Positions 52,394-61,109 are shown, counted from the first letter of the stretch. The stretch: DNA of 62,364 bases from a virus (IMGVR_UViG_3300028831_000121:1-62364); one strand, 5' to 3'. Program-made: numbers and translations. Notes: generated from the letters alone by a model not told the origin.

Positions 52394-53919
52394 CAAAACG
52401 CTGTCTACAGTTAGTCCGAGTTTCCACGGTAGGGCAAGCCTCCGACGATCACGCATCGATAGAATCTCAGAAAACAATTAACGAGCGAACAGCTAAAGAG
52501 CATGGCCTAACAATCGTTCGCACTATTCAGATGGCTGGCGTTTCGGGAACCGCAGTCTTGCTCGCCCCTGAAATGCAGGAAATGTTCCGGCTAATGGCCG
52601 ACCCTGAAATCCACGGAGTTGTTGCCCGCGAATTCTCACGATTGATGCGGCCAGAGAATTATGCAGACTACGCCTTGCTCCAAGTCTTTGTTGATACCGG
52701 GTGCAAATTATACCTACCCGACGGGCCGCTGGATTTTGCCAGCAACGACGGAAGGCTAGTAGGGACATTGAAGGCTTCGATAGCCGGAAATGTAAGACGT
52801 GAGATGTTGAAAGCGGCGTGGGAGTCGAGAGAAGAAAAGAGACGGCGCGGAGAGTTGGCCCAGCCTAAAATCTGCTTACCATTTGGAGTTGATAACCAAA
52901 AAGATCAATGGTGGTACACACCTGACTCCGAACGAATCAAAGAAGCGTTTCGTCTAGTTCTATCTGGCGAAACAAGTTACTTCGCCATTGGCAAAAAGGT
53001 AAACATCGAGCCTCACGCTCTGGCCTACATGTTAAAGAATCCAATCTATACCGGATGGCGCGTGATTGATAAAAAACGGGATATGTCGAGTGCGGGTAAG
53101 TATCCGACGCTGGATGGCAGACAGGGCGACCGGAGGAAGATAGCGCGTAGCCCTGATGAAATCATTCGCGTTCAAGTAATCAAAGAGCCGTTAGTTTCTC
53201 AGGCCGACTTCGATTTAGTGCAAAAGATTTTAGGAATGAAGAAATCTTTCCACTGGCGCACGTCGCCTGGGTACGAACAGCGATACACCTACAACGGCTA
53301 TCTATCCTGTACATGTCAGTCACGGGTCTACTCAAAACACATGAGACATGACTACTACGTTTGCAAAAACAGGTGTGGAGTAAAACAGATGCGCCGTGAT
53401 CGACTCGATCCGTTTATCGATCAGGTGTTCGCCAAGAAGTTTCAGAGCAAGACTTTTTTGAAGCGGATCGCGGGAACACAAAGCAGGCCGACTGCGAATC
53501 TCGACCAACTCCGCAGACAAATTGAGGCACTGGCCGCGAAGCGTGATCGCGTACTCAAGACTTACTACGAAGGCGTTATTTCAGAGACGGAACGGAATGT
53601 GACGATTGCCGAGATTGACCGTGAGAAACAAGTATTTGCAGACCTACTGAGCAGGCAACAACCCGCGCCTCAGGTAGACGCCGACCAGTTGGCACGGCAG
53701 TTCAAGGTATTTGCCCAGTTTGATTTATTGAGCCGCGACCAGAAGCGGAGACTATTGAACACAATCGCGCCGGAAATCGTGGTTGCAGATTATAGGCTAG
53801 AAGGGCTGTATTGCTCGCTGGAAGCGTTTTCCTTCAGTGGCAGGGAAAACCTCACGGCAGAGGCTTACGGCAAGCCTACGCCCCGATTATGGGTTCCTGT
53901 GGGCTTATTGGCGGCATGA
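52390..53919 (+). CDS. int: Large serine recombinase (integrase)
   Basis: Catalytic LVRVSTVGQ, recombinase domain, zinc ribbon (CTCQSRVYSKHMRHDYYVCKNRCG) and C-terminal coiled coil. Confidence 0.85.
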   Translation: MTKRCLQLVRVSTVGQASDDHASIESQKTINERTAKEHGLTIVRTIQMAGVSGTAVLLAPEMQEMFRLMADPEIHGVVAREFSRLMRPENYADYALLQVFVDTGCKLYLPDGPLDFASNDGRLVGTLKASIAGNVRREMLKAAWESREEKRRRGELAQPKICLPFGVDNQKDQWWYTPDSERIKEAFRLVLSGETSYFAIGKKVNIEPHALAYMLKNPIYTGWRVIDKKRDMSSAGKYPTLDGRQGDRRKIARSPDEIIRVQVIKEPLVSQADFDLVQKILGMKKSFHWRTSPGYEQRYTYNGYLSCTCQSRVYSKHMRHDYYVCKNRCGVKQMRRDRLDPFIDQVFAKKFQSKTFLKRIAGTQSRPTANLDQLRRQIEALAAKRDRVLKTYYEGVISETERNVTIAEIDREKQVFADLLSRQQPAPQVDADQLARQFKVFAQFDLLSRDQKRRLLNTIAPEIVVADYRLEGLYCSLEAFSFSGRENLTAEAYGKPTPRLWVPVGLLAA

Positions 53920-53939
53920 CAGACTGATAAGGAGAAGAA

Positions 53940-54062
53940 ATGGCAGCACAAATTAAGCGAGTTTGGTTATTTCTGAGAATCGTGTGGCGCAAGAATCAAG
54001 ACTACTGTTTAGGCGTAAAGCTGGCTTGGAAAGTGGCAGGGATTATGTATCCAGCAGCCTGA
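53940..54062 (+). CDS. Hypothetical 40-aa hydrophobic/basic peptide
   Basis: Preceded by CTGATAAGGAGA, the same translation initiation context as the gene at 54078. Confidence 0.3.
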   Translation: MAAQIKRVWLFLRIVWRKNQDYCLGVKLAWKVAGIMYPAA

Positions 54063-54077
54063 TAAGGAGAGAGAGAA

Positions 54078-54536
54078 ATGGAAAATAAAAATCAGTTGGT
54101 AAATGAAAACCAGACCTCCCACAACGCAAGTTCAGGGACTCTCCGAGCCGCGCCTAACGGCGACGGACAATCAGGTCTTTCGCGTGAGGCTTTCCTTCGC
54201 CGTTGCGAGACGCTTTTCGATGCTGGTTTAGCAGCGCCGTACCGCCTTCGTCTGCTTGATAAATGGCTCGACTTTGTGTGCCGTTTTGAGGGCGGTCAAA
54301 TGCGATACGTTGCGGACTTCATTGAAGATGAGGCGACTCGAACCATGCGCTTCAGTAATGGCCGCACACTAGCGAACGACGCGGACGGGTACGCGCTTGT
54401 GCAGTTCGCCGCGATCCTAACTCATCCATGCCAGTTGTGCGCCGAAGACTTGAACGCATGGTGGACTCGCGCCGCCTTTTGCGAACACAAGCGTCAAGAC
54501 ACCAACACGTCCGTTGCGGACGGTACAACTCAGTAG
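54078..54536 (+). CDS. Hypothetical protein with NENQTSH leader
   Basis: 152 aa with SD AAGGAG. Codons 1-22 are a cassette copy shared with 38443-38925. Confidence 0.55.
   Translation: MENKNQLVNENQTSHNASSGTLRAAPNGDGQSGLSREAFLRRCETLFDAGLAAPYRLRLLDKWLDFVCRFEGGQMRYVADFIEDEATRTMRFSNGRTLANDADGYALVQFAAILTHPCQLCAEDLNAWWTRAAFCEHKRQDTNTSVADGTTQ
54102..54122 (+). repeat. ATGAAAACC cassette copy
   Basis: Reads GTAAATGAAAACCAGACCTCCCACAACGCAAGTTCAGGGACTC. Confidence 0.75.
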
Positions 54537-54612
54537 ATACGGAAATCGCTCGCGGATTGGAAACTGAAAAGATTTTTATTTATTTTGAGTGCTGAAGGAA
54601 AGGAAAAGAAAG

Positions 54613-54831
54613 ATGAAACCAGAACGAGATCGAGTTTATTACAGCGGTGAGGTACGAGGCGATGAGCGCAATTACAACTGGGCCATAAGTATGAATTGGC
54701 AGGACGGTTACTTAACAATCAACCAGCACGAGAAAGGACGGATCACGGAATCGGTATTACTGTCGCCTAAACAAGTCGAAGCCCTGATCGCTTTCAATAC
54801 CGATCCGGTCGCAGAATCAAAAGCGGCGTAG
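54613..54831 (+). CDS. Hypothetical protein
   Basis: 72 aa. The start context AGATGAAACCAGAAC is a degenerate cassette. Confidence 0.45.
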   Translation: MKPERDRVYYSGEVRGDERNYNWAISMNWQDGYLTINQHEKGRITESVLLSPKQVEALIAFNTDPVAESKAA

Positions 54832-54920
54832 CGGTCAACGTACTCCGTCTGCGTAGCAGCGGCTCGGAGAGTTCGAGTAGTTAGCACTGAGAGGTTTTTG
54901 CAGGAAAGAGATATATGGTT

Positions 54921-55520
54921 TTAAGCAACATGTGCCCACGTTCTACGAGCAACAATCGCGGTCACGCTCCATTTACATATTCCGTACTCCGTAGCAATGC
55001 GGGTTCGGTTTTCGCCCGCAGCGTGTCTGGTGCGGATCTCTTTCACTTGGGCCTCATTGAGTTTCCGGTTGTTTCCGCCCTTGCCGGCGCGGCCCTTTGC
55101 CGCCATGTCTCTCATGTTGTCCGCGTTAGTGCCGAGAAACAAATGTGCAGGGTTACAGCACGGCGGGTTGTCGCACTTGTGCAGGACAAGAAGGCCGTCA
55201 GGAATGGGGCCACGAGCAAGGAACCACGCAAGCCTGTGGGCCAACCGGCAACCTTCAACTTTTCTTCCCAAGTCTCCGTAGCCGTCACGGTTTTTGCAGT
55301 TTATCCAAGGCCAGCAGCAGCCCAGCGTAGGGCGAATAAGTGGCCCATTAGTATTTATGTTTTCCCAAAACCTTTCCCGCCACGGACGCGACCTTCGCAT
55401 GTAATCCCTGCACTTGGTCGAGCAGTAAAGTCTGTTGGCCGAGGGTTTGGCGGTAAAGCGTGCGGCGCAGTATCCGCATGTAACTTCGATCAGTTTTGCT
55501 TTATTCTTTCTATCGGGCAT
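54921..55520 (-). CDS. HNH_3-type homing-like endonuclease (free-standing, opposite strand)
   Basis: Contains RDGYGDL...AHRLAWFLARGPIPDGLLVLHKCDNPPCCNPAHLFLGTNADN plus a C-terminal HTH. Confidence 0.8.
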   Translation of the reverse strand: MPDRKNKAKLIEVTCGYCAARFTAKPSANRLYCSTKCRDYMRRSRPWRERFWENINTNGPLIRPTLGCCWPWINCKNRDGYGDLGRKVEGCRLAHRLAWFLARGPIPDGLLVLHKCDNPPCCNPAHLFLGTNADNMRDMAAKGRAGKGGNNRKLNEAQVKEIRTRHAAGENRTRIATEYGICKWSVTAIVARRTWAHVA

Positions 55521-55700
55521 GGCGTGACCTCCGAGACAGGTTGTGCTGTGTCAAGGCTCGTTCAGTCGTTTCAGCGATTGTTCGAGCCGCTTTATTTTAA
55601 CACAGGAACGCGGTGCCGGATATGAACAAGATAATTCTGATTCTAGGATTAACAGGAACTTGGATCTACTTCAGGTTCAACAGGAAAAGAATTTAGGGTG

Positions 55701-56075
55701 ATGAAGACAACTACCCGCTTGCCACAGTTTCGAGAACCTAGCGGCTCCGAAGCGGAGTCCGTCATGGTTGACGCTACCCCGCGCATCACAGCGCACGCTC
55801 AAGAGCGAGCAAAGAAGCGAGTAGGGTTAAACGCTCACGCGCTGGAACGGGTAGCAACCAAGGCTCTGAATAACGGCGTAACGCACGGAGAAACCAGCGG
55901 TCGGTTGAATCGCTACTTGACGAAATTGTATCTAACTCATGAGAAAGGCAATAACAACCGGATATATGGTGAGCATATATTCATCTTTCAGGGAAACATC
56001 TTGATTACAGTTTTGCAGTTACCGCACGACTTAAAGAACGCGGCAAGGGGAGCGATGGCGCGACACTTGAGATGA
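55701..56075 (+). CDS. Hypothetical protein (MKTTT start)
   Basis: 124 aa. Its start, GGAAAAGAATTTAGGGTGATGAAGACAACTACC, is a degenerate cassette. Confidence 0.5.
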   Translation: MKTTTRLPQFREPSGSEAESVMVDATPRITAHAQERAKKRVGLNAHALERVATKALNNGVTHGETSGRLNRYLTKLYLTHEKGNNNRIYGEHIFIFQGNILITVLQLPHDLKNAARGAMARHLR

Positions 56076-56440
56076 AAAACGGATTCATTAAATCTCTTAC
56101 TTTTGATGCTCCTATAAAGGTAATCAGTGAAGCCAACTGTAGGGATCATTGGGCGGTGAAATCACGGCGAAGGAAAGCACAGCAGCAGGAAATGGATGTA
56201 ATGCTATTGAACGCCTTACAGGGCCGGAAGGTTGAACTTCCCTGTTCAGTAAGACTCACTCGGGTTGGGCCAAAGGTTCTTGATGGCGACAACTTACAGA
56301 GTGCTTTCAAGGCCACCAGGGACGCGATTGCCCGAAGGTTGGGAGTAGATGATGGTGATTCTCGGATACGGTTTGAGTACGAGCAGCAACCAGTTGGGCG
56401 GCGCGAGTACAACATTCTCGTAGAAATAACTTCGGTCTAA
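56072..56440 (+). CDS. rusA: RusA-like Holliday junction resolvase
   Basis: LDGDNLQSAFKATRDAIARRLGVDDGDSRI matches the RusA D-x-DN...K...D...DD pattern. Confidence 0.6.
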   Translation: MKNGFIKSLTFDAPIKVISEANCRDHWAVKSRRRKAQQQEMDVMLLNALQGRKVELPCSVRLTRVGPKVLDGDNLQSAFKATRDAIARRLGVDDGDSRIRFEYEQQPVGRREYNILVEITSV

Positions 56441-56441
56441 C

Positions 56442-57356
56442 GTGCGGGAGACTAAATACGTGGGAACAAGAATAGAAATACCAATTCCTCAACCGGAACA
56501 GCCAGAGTTGGCGTTTGAATTTGTAGACGGCAAGGATGGACTGCTTGAATTTCAGGCCGAAAGTCTTGAGGCGCATATTGCCGCGTTTCGAGCGGTGAAT
56601 TCAGGGATTGACGATCACTACTGGTCGCAAGCCGCCGTTGCAGCCTCAGTGTCTAAAAAATACGGTCAAGGTGAGATGGAGAAGATGGCTGAGGCCGTTG
56701 AGCGGTCGCCAAGTTATTTACGCCAGATTGCACGCACGTACCGTACCTTCACTGAAAACTTCTCACGTGAGAAAGATTTGAGCTTCAACCATCACCGGAT
56801 AGCCTGTTATCACCCGAACCCCACCGCCGCTCTAACCGTAGCTAAAGAGCAAGGAATGTCTTGCCGTGCGCTGGAAACTTGGGTAAGCGAGCAGGGCGCG
56901 AAGCGAGCAAAGCGGGCTACGTCAAAAGCCAAGCAACAGGTTAAGTCGGACTTCCTTGTTCACTTAGAACACGTTGAGCAAGTAATTGAGGATGACTTTT
57001 TAGTGAATTGCCCGATTCGTGACTTTGCCAACAGGGTGTACAAGGAATGGCTATCGCAAATTAAGTTTGAGCTTCGTCAGATGCTACGAGGCGCGAACCA
57101 GGAAAAGATTCGCGCAGCGATTAACGACGAAGGCGCAGCAACGCTCAAACAGATAAAAGAACTGACGGGTTTAGCCTTATCCGATGTTGAGGCCGCTGTA
57201 GGGCAAATGGTGGCGCAGAATGAGTACGAGTGGATCAAGAAGTCAGGGAAGATGGACGATCAACGCGGCACGGCTGAAATGATTCTGCACAAGGTTGGCG
57301 AGCCGGACGGCGGGGCGTATAACGTAGCAAGGCCAGTAAACCAGTACGCGCATTAG
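56442..57356 (+). CDS. Hypothetical protein
   Basis: 304 aa with a GTG start. Confidence 0.5.
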   Translation: MRETKYVGTRIEIPIPQPEQPELAFEFVDGKDGLLEFQAESLEAHIAAFRAVNSGIDDHYWSQAAVAASVSKKYGQGEMEKMAEAVERSPSYLRQIARTYRTFTENFSREKDLSFNHHRIACYHPNPTAALTVAKEQGMSCRALETWVSEQGAKRAKRATSKAKQQVKSDFLVHLEHVEQVIEDDFLVNCPIRDFANRVYKEWLSQIKFELRQMLRGANQEKIRAAINDEGAATLKQIKELTGLALSDVEAAVGQMVAQNEYEWIKKSGKMDDQRGTAEMILHKVGEPDGGAYNVARPVNQYAH

Positions 57357-57478
57357 CCTTCAAGTTACCAGCGGTACACGGGTCAACAACCGTTCGTTAA
57401 TCGCTCGTTCTTGACACCTAAAATCTGGAAGGATTGATTCTTTTACCTAAAGTAGAAAAACAGAAAAGGATCAAGGGT

Positions 57479-57550
57479 AATGAAAGCACAGAACTCCCAC
57501 TACTACGATTTGAGATGCGCGGCGAAGCGCCGACGTACAAGTTGAGTGCT
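57479..57550 (+). repeat. Full composite module: cassette + GAAG-loop hairpin + box2, 5 nt before the ATG at 57556
   Basis: Reads AATGAAAGCACAGAACTCCCAC...CGGCGAAGCGCCG...GTTGAGTGCT. Collinear with the minus-strand module at 31163-31240. Confidence 0.7.
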
Positions 57551-57555
57551 GACCT

Positions 57556-57813
57556 ATGAAAACACCAAAGCTCGAAACATGGTACGAGTGGTTTGATTAT
57601 TGGTGTCTGCGATTATTCGTTCTCGTACTCTACTCGCTGGTGTACTTGGTGTTTCAGGTAGCGGCTTATTGGAGCGCGTTTCACTTTGATTTTTGGTCTT
57701 GCGCGAAGGCCGTATCGATGTGCTGGCTTGCAGGCTTTCTGACGTTAGTTCAGTTCTGGTTCTTCAACGCGGTTTACAGATTCTTTGAGCGCTTTCGCTT
57801 TGATCCCGCTTAG
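57556..57813 (+). CDS. Small membrane protein
   Basis: 85 aa with 2-3 TM helices. Confidence 0.5.
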   Translation: MKTPKLETWYEWFDYWCLRLFVLVLYSLVYLVFQVAAYWSAFHFDFWSCAKAVSMCWLAGFLTLVQFWFFNAVYRFFERFRFDPA

Positions 57814-58167
57814 TTGGTGAGTGGGCAGACCCTCTCCCTTGCTCAGATAGTATTTATCCGATGCTTTCATGCCTTGGGTGTAGGTACTGACGGGTCTTTT
57901 AGCTTCCTATGAAGTCTGAGCGGTTACGACCGGGGCGCGGGGTCGGTTAGTGCCATCAAGCAGACACTCGGTGCCCGGAGAACTCCTGTTAGAGAGACCC
58001 TTTCGTACACTTACAGCTTGCCGCCGCACTAATCCCTTGATTTTGAAATGGAGTTCTAGGGATGAGAAACCAATAATCATTTATGCGCGGCCTCTATTTG
58101 TCTGGTTCGGAGTTTGGGAACTGGTAGGTTCATCACTCCGATTGAACGGAATGATCGTAAAACACTT

Positions 58168-58196
58168 TTCAGATTTAAGTTTTCGCGTGATACAAT
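58168..58196 (+). promoter_or_regulatory. Promoter candidate (TTCAGA-17-TACAAT with TG extension) flanked by TCCGATTGAACG direct repeats
   Basis: The repeats lie at 58137-58148 and 58220-58231. A UUCG-loop hairpin sits at 58240-58257. Confidence 0.35.
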
Positions 58197-58282
58197 GCAG
58201 CCAATCGCTTGCAGCAAGTTCCGATTGAACGCGCTCCGGCCTCGCCTTCGGGCGGGGTCGTAGTGTTTAAGGGAGATGATGA

Positions 58283-58582
58283 ATGCCAATTAACGAAATG
58301 ATTGCGATGGGGCCGGGCGTAATAACGTGGGGCGAGCCTGACTCTGGAACCTACTACGAATACAGACCTGAGCGCGATATAACGGTGTATGAGTTGGCGG
58401 TGCTTACGCCTTATCTCAGTCCGCGAATAAGCGGCAGAGATGCTTCGCGCAAAGCAGCGGTTGAGTCAGTTCTGAAGTCAATCCCCGGTTCAGTGTGTGG
58501 CGCAACCGTCCTAAGACTCTACAAACATGACGTTGAGGATATAGGAGAAGCTATGCGTCACCTTCGAGCGGTGGGGCAATAA
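58283..58582 (+). CDS. Hypothetical protein (last early gene; Q-position)
   Basis: 99 aa with SD GGGAG. Confidence 0.5.
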   Translation: MPINEMIAMGPGVITWGEPDSGTYYEYRPERDITVYELAVLTPYLSPRISGRDASRKAAVESVLKSIPGSVCGATVLRLYKHDVEDIGEAMRHLRAVGQ

Positions 58583-58882
58583 CGAAGTGGGAATAGGGCG
58601 TTATCGCTTGCCGTCGTTCTAACGAAGCAAGGGGACGACTAACTCAGCAACGACTAAAAGTCCGCGAAATACCTGAGCGATGCCGGCGCTTCTGATGTAT
58701 AATTGCCTTGCGTGGACGAAATATGTGCCCTGAGCCTTAAAGTAGCTCGCGCCATTCCACAATGGTTCGAGGGCAATCCTTGAACGGCGGCATCCGAGAC
58801 TGACCGCTTTCAAATAGACTCGGTGGCGGTGGTTGTGGGTCAGTCGGGTGTAAGCACTCGCTTTGACACGCTCTCCACAGTG

Positions 58883-58919
58883 AAGCCCCTTGGGAAACTG
58901 AGGGGCTTTGCTGTTTCTG
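58883..58919 (+). terminator. Intrinsic terminator inside the late control region
   Basis: AAGCCCCT-TGGGAAACTG-AGGGGCTT followed by TGCTGTTTCTG. Confidence 0.55.
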
Positions 58920-58923
58920 CCGG

Positions 58924-58990
58924 GATGTCACGTTTATAAATTTCAATCTCTAATAAAACGGCACACTTTGTAGCGGATAAACGTGACATC
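58924..58990. repeat. 14-bp perfect inverted repeat GATGTCACGTTTAT / ATAAACGTGACATC (39-nt spacer)
   Basis: The arms lie at 58924-58937 and 58977-58990. Confidence 0.8.
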
Positions 58991-59163
58991 GCCACTCAGC
59001 CTACCTAGACGGTCGCGCTTTGTAGCGACCGCCACACCTAGCCCGACACCCTGCCACGGTTTTGTCCCTCGCACCCCTGAAGTCTTACTTTTCGTTTTTC
59101 CTGCTAGCGAGTAGTTGGCTTTCCTACCTTCTGAAAACTTAAAAGTCCAACAAAGTTTAAGAT

Positions 59164-59238
59164 TCAGGTTAAGACGCCGGACAACTTTGCCCCGACGTTG
59201 TTATCCCTGAGTCCCACGCAGGGGCGTTGAAAGCTAAC
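59164..59238 (+). repeat. Bipartite element copy with CAGGTTAAGACGCCGGAC extension, upstream of the endolysin
   Basis: Reads TCAGGTTAAGACGCCGGAC...GACGTTGTTATCCC...CCCACGCAGGGG...CGTTGAAAGCTAAC. The ATG follows 9 nt later. Confidence 0.7.
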
Positions 59239-59245
59239 GAAACGA

Positions 59246-59689
59246 ATGGTAAACACCGCTACTCTCAAGATAATCAAGGACTTCGAGGGCGAAGTTTTGC
59301 GCGTTTATAAAGACCCGGTTGGTTTACTCACAGTCGGAGTTGGGCACTTGGTTAAGCAAGGCGAGCCGTACAAGCTGGGCGAGCACATCACACCCGAGGA
59401 ATCCGAACGGCTACTACGGAAAGATTTAGAAGTTGCCGAGCAAGCGGTAAGGAATCACGTTCGCGGGTTAATCAGCGAGAATCAGTACGGCGCGTTGGTG
59501 AGCTTTGTATTCAATCTGGGTGAGGGGAATTTTAGAAAGTCCACCCTGCTGAAGAAGGTAAACGCGGGCGACATACCAGGGGCGGCAAATGAATTTCTCA
59601 AATGGGACAAAGCGGGTAAGCCACCAAAGTCGCTACCTGGATTAACGCGCCGAAGGAAAGCCGAGCGCGGTCTATTTCTAACGAAGTGA
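59246..59689 (+). CDS. Endolysin, GH24 lysozyme
   Basis: IKDFEGEVLRVYKDPVGLLTVGVGH carries the E-D-T catalytic triad pattern of T4/lambda-type lysozymes. Confidence 0.85.
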   Translation: MVNTATLKIIKDFEGEVLRVYKDPVGLLTVGVGHLVKQGEPYKLGEHITPEESERLLRKDLEVAEQAVRNHVRGLISENQYGALVSFVFNLGEGNFRKSTLLKKVNAGDIPGAANEFLKWDKAGKPPKSLPGLTRRRKAERGLFLTK

Positions 59690-59781
59690 GACGGTTCGTA
59701 ATTACTGGTTTGGTATTCATCATTCTCGGCATTGTCTTGATTTGTTACTTACTTTCAGGCGGGAGTAGTTGGCGGTTCTAA
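59686..59781 (+). CDS. 31-aa single-TM peptide
   Basis: GTGA-coupled to the endolysin. Sequence VRRFVITGLVFIILGIVLICYLL. Confidence 0.3.
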   Translation: MRRFVITGLVFIILGIVLICYLLSGGSSWRF

Positions 59782-59799
59782 GTTAGATAGGAGAACAAA

Positions 59800-60198
59800 A
59801 TGCTTGTAAGTGCCATTTGTATCTACGCGGTAATGCTCTTTGTGTTTCAGGACACAGTTGTTGGCCCAGTGGCGGGCGGCGGGATGTCGGGTCAGGCGAT
59901 TGTTACGGTATCCGCTGCGGTCGTGGCTTTAACACAGCTATTGAAGTTCGCCAACGTCATCAATGATCGGCGCGGGCCGCTTGGCGTCCTAGTTCTCGCC
60001 TTTTTGGGCGTAGCGTTTTGGGGGTGGACTACAGGGGATTTCTCACGCGCAACGGCGTTCGCTTACTTCGCTGGCTGGATTGCTGTTGCCACGTCTGCCG
60101 CTGGCGTTTTTGGATTTACTCGCGCCGCGCCTGAGGCCGTGACAGGAACGAAGTCACCACCCGCACCTCCGGGAGCCGGAGCTAACACGACAGTTTAG
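59800..60198 (+). CDS. Holin candidate (multi-TM membrane protein)
   Basis: 132 aa with about 4 TM helices and SD GGAGA. Adjacent to the endolysin. Confidence 0.5.
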   Translation: MLVSAICIYAVMLFVFQDTVVGPVAGGGMSGQAIVTVSAAVVALTQLLKFANVINDRRGPLGVLVLAFLGVAFWGWTTGDFSRATAFAYFAGWIAVATSAAGVFGFTRAAPEAVTGTKSPPAPPGAGANTTV

Positions 60199-60208
60199 AA
60201 AGGAATTT

Positions 60209-60661
60209 ATGAAACTCGCAAAACGATCCGCAGTAGCACTTCTAATCGTCCTGAGTCTGTTTGCTGGCGCATGTAGCCCCAACAAGCTACGCGAGGCCCG
60301 GAAAGCGGCCCACCGCATTCAGGTGGTTACTGACGCCTCGATTGATACCACCTCAACCCTTTTCCATGACGGAGTAATCAGCAAGGAAAAAACGAATCTA
60401 ATTGCCCGGGCCTTACTCAAAGTTAATTCAGGCAACAAGGTTCTGATTGACAAGGCTGAGGCCGCAACTGCCGATACGCCGGAAGTCAGAGCCGATCTAA
60501 TCGCACAACTGAAAGTTGTCGAGGACGCGGTAAAAGAATTGAAAGGTTTAGGCGTACTCGGCATCAAGTCTAAAGACGGATCGCTGGCTTTTGATTCGGC
60601 GATAAACGCTTTGGATGCGAGCATTGCAATTATTCAATCCGTGATGGCGGGAGGTAAATAG
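60209..60661 (+). CDS. Lipoprotein (spanin-like position)
   Basis: Signal peptide with lipobox-like LFAGAC. 150 aa, helical. Confidence 0.55.
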   Translation: MKLAKRSAVALLIVLSLFAGACSPNKLREARKAAHRIQVVTDASIDTTSTLFHDGVISKEKTNLIARALLKVNSGNKVLIDKAEAATADTPEVRADLIAQLKVVEDAVKELKGLGVLGIKSKDGSLAFDSAINALDASIAIIQSVMAGGK

Positions 60662-60662
60662 A

Positions 60663-60866
60663 ATGGGCGACATAACAGCGATTCTTGCTTTGATAAACGC
60701 GGCTATCAAGATTGGCGGCGACATCGTTCCTATTGCACTTCGGGCTTACGCGGCGCTGAAGTCTGAGACGGGAATGACGGACGCGGAGCTGATCGCAGCC
60801 AGTCGCAAGTTGAACGATGAGGACGCGGCGAAACTCGAAGCGTTGATCGCGGAAACCAATGCGTAA
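60663..60866 (+). CDS. Hypothetical protein
   Basis: 67 aa with a hydrophobic N-terminus. Confidence 0.45.
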   Translation: MGDITAILALINAAIKIGGDIVPIALRAYAALKSETGMTDAELIAASRKLNDEDAAKLEALIAETNA

Positions 60867-60999
60867 ACCTCAAGACTTAACAATCCGAAATGCTCAGGCA
60901 TCAAAGAAACGAGATGATGCCCTGTTAGCCCGTATTCGGAAGCTGGAAGCAGCGATGAAGTCAGTTAATAAAGTTCTACGGAAGTATGGACTGAAATGA
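60859..60999 (+). CDS. Hypothetical 46-aa basic helical protein
   Basis: Its ATG overlaps the preceding stop. Below the cutoff of the ORF track. Confidence 0.3.
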   Translation: MRKPQDLTIRNAQASKKRDDALLARIRKLEAAMKSVNKVLRKYGLK

Positions 61000-61109
61000 G
61001 TCTACTAATGCTCTGGCCGTTTCCGGCGACAATAATTGGATTGATGGTCTGGGCCATAGTGGATTATCTATTGAACCACAGAGCGGAGAAGTGGGATAAA
61101 GGGACATGA
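60996..61109 (+). CDS. 37-aa single-TM peptide
   Basis: ATGA-coupled at both ends. Sequence LWPFPATIIGLMVWAIVDYLL. Confidence 0.3.
   Translation: MSLLMLWPFPATIIGLMVWAIVDYLLNHRAEKWDKGT

Noticed and set aside
54915-55625. 236-aa plus-strand ORF
   Set aside because: It is fully antisense to the HNH_3 endonuclease, whose catalytic motifs are unambiguous on the minus strand. The plus-frame product is Arg/Ser/Ala-rich with no motif.
58755-58790. tRNA-like T-arm sequence GGTTCGAGGGCAATCC
   Set aside because: No complementary acceptor stem, D-arm or anticodon stem could be drawn around it. No other tRNA-like cloverleaf was seen by eye, but a tRNAscan-SE run would be decisive.
58619-58946. Two overlapping minus-strand ORFs (64 and 69 aa) in the late control region
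   Set aside because: They have no RBS and a Pro/Arg/Ser-rich composition. They span the plus-strand terminator hairpin, so the region is interpreted as regulatory DNA.
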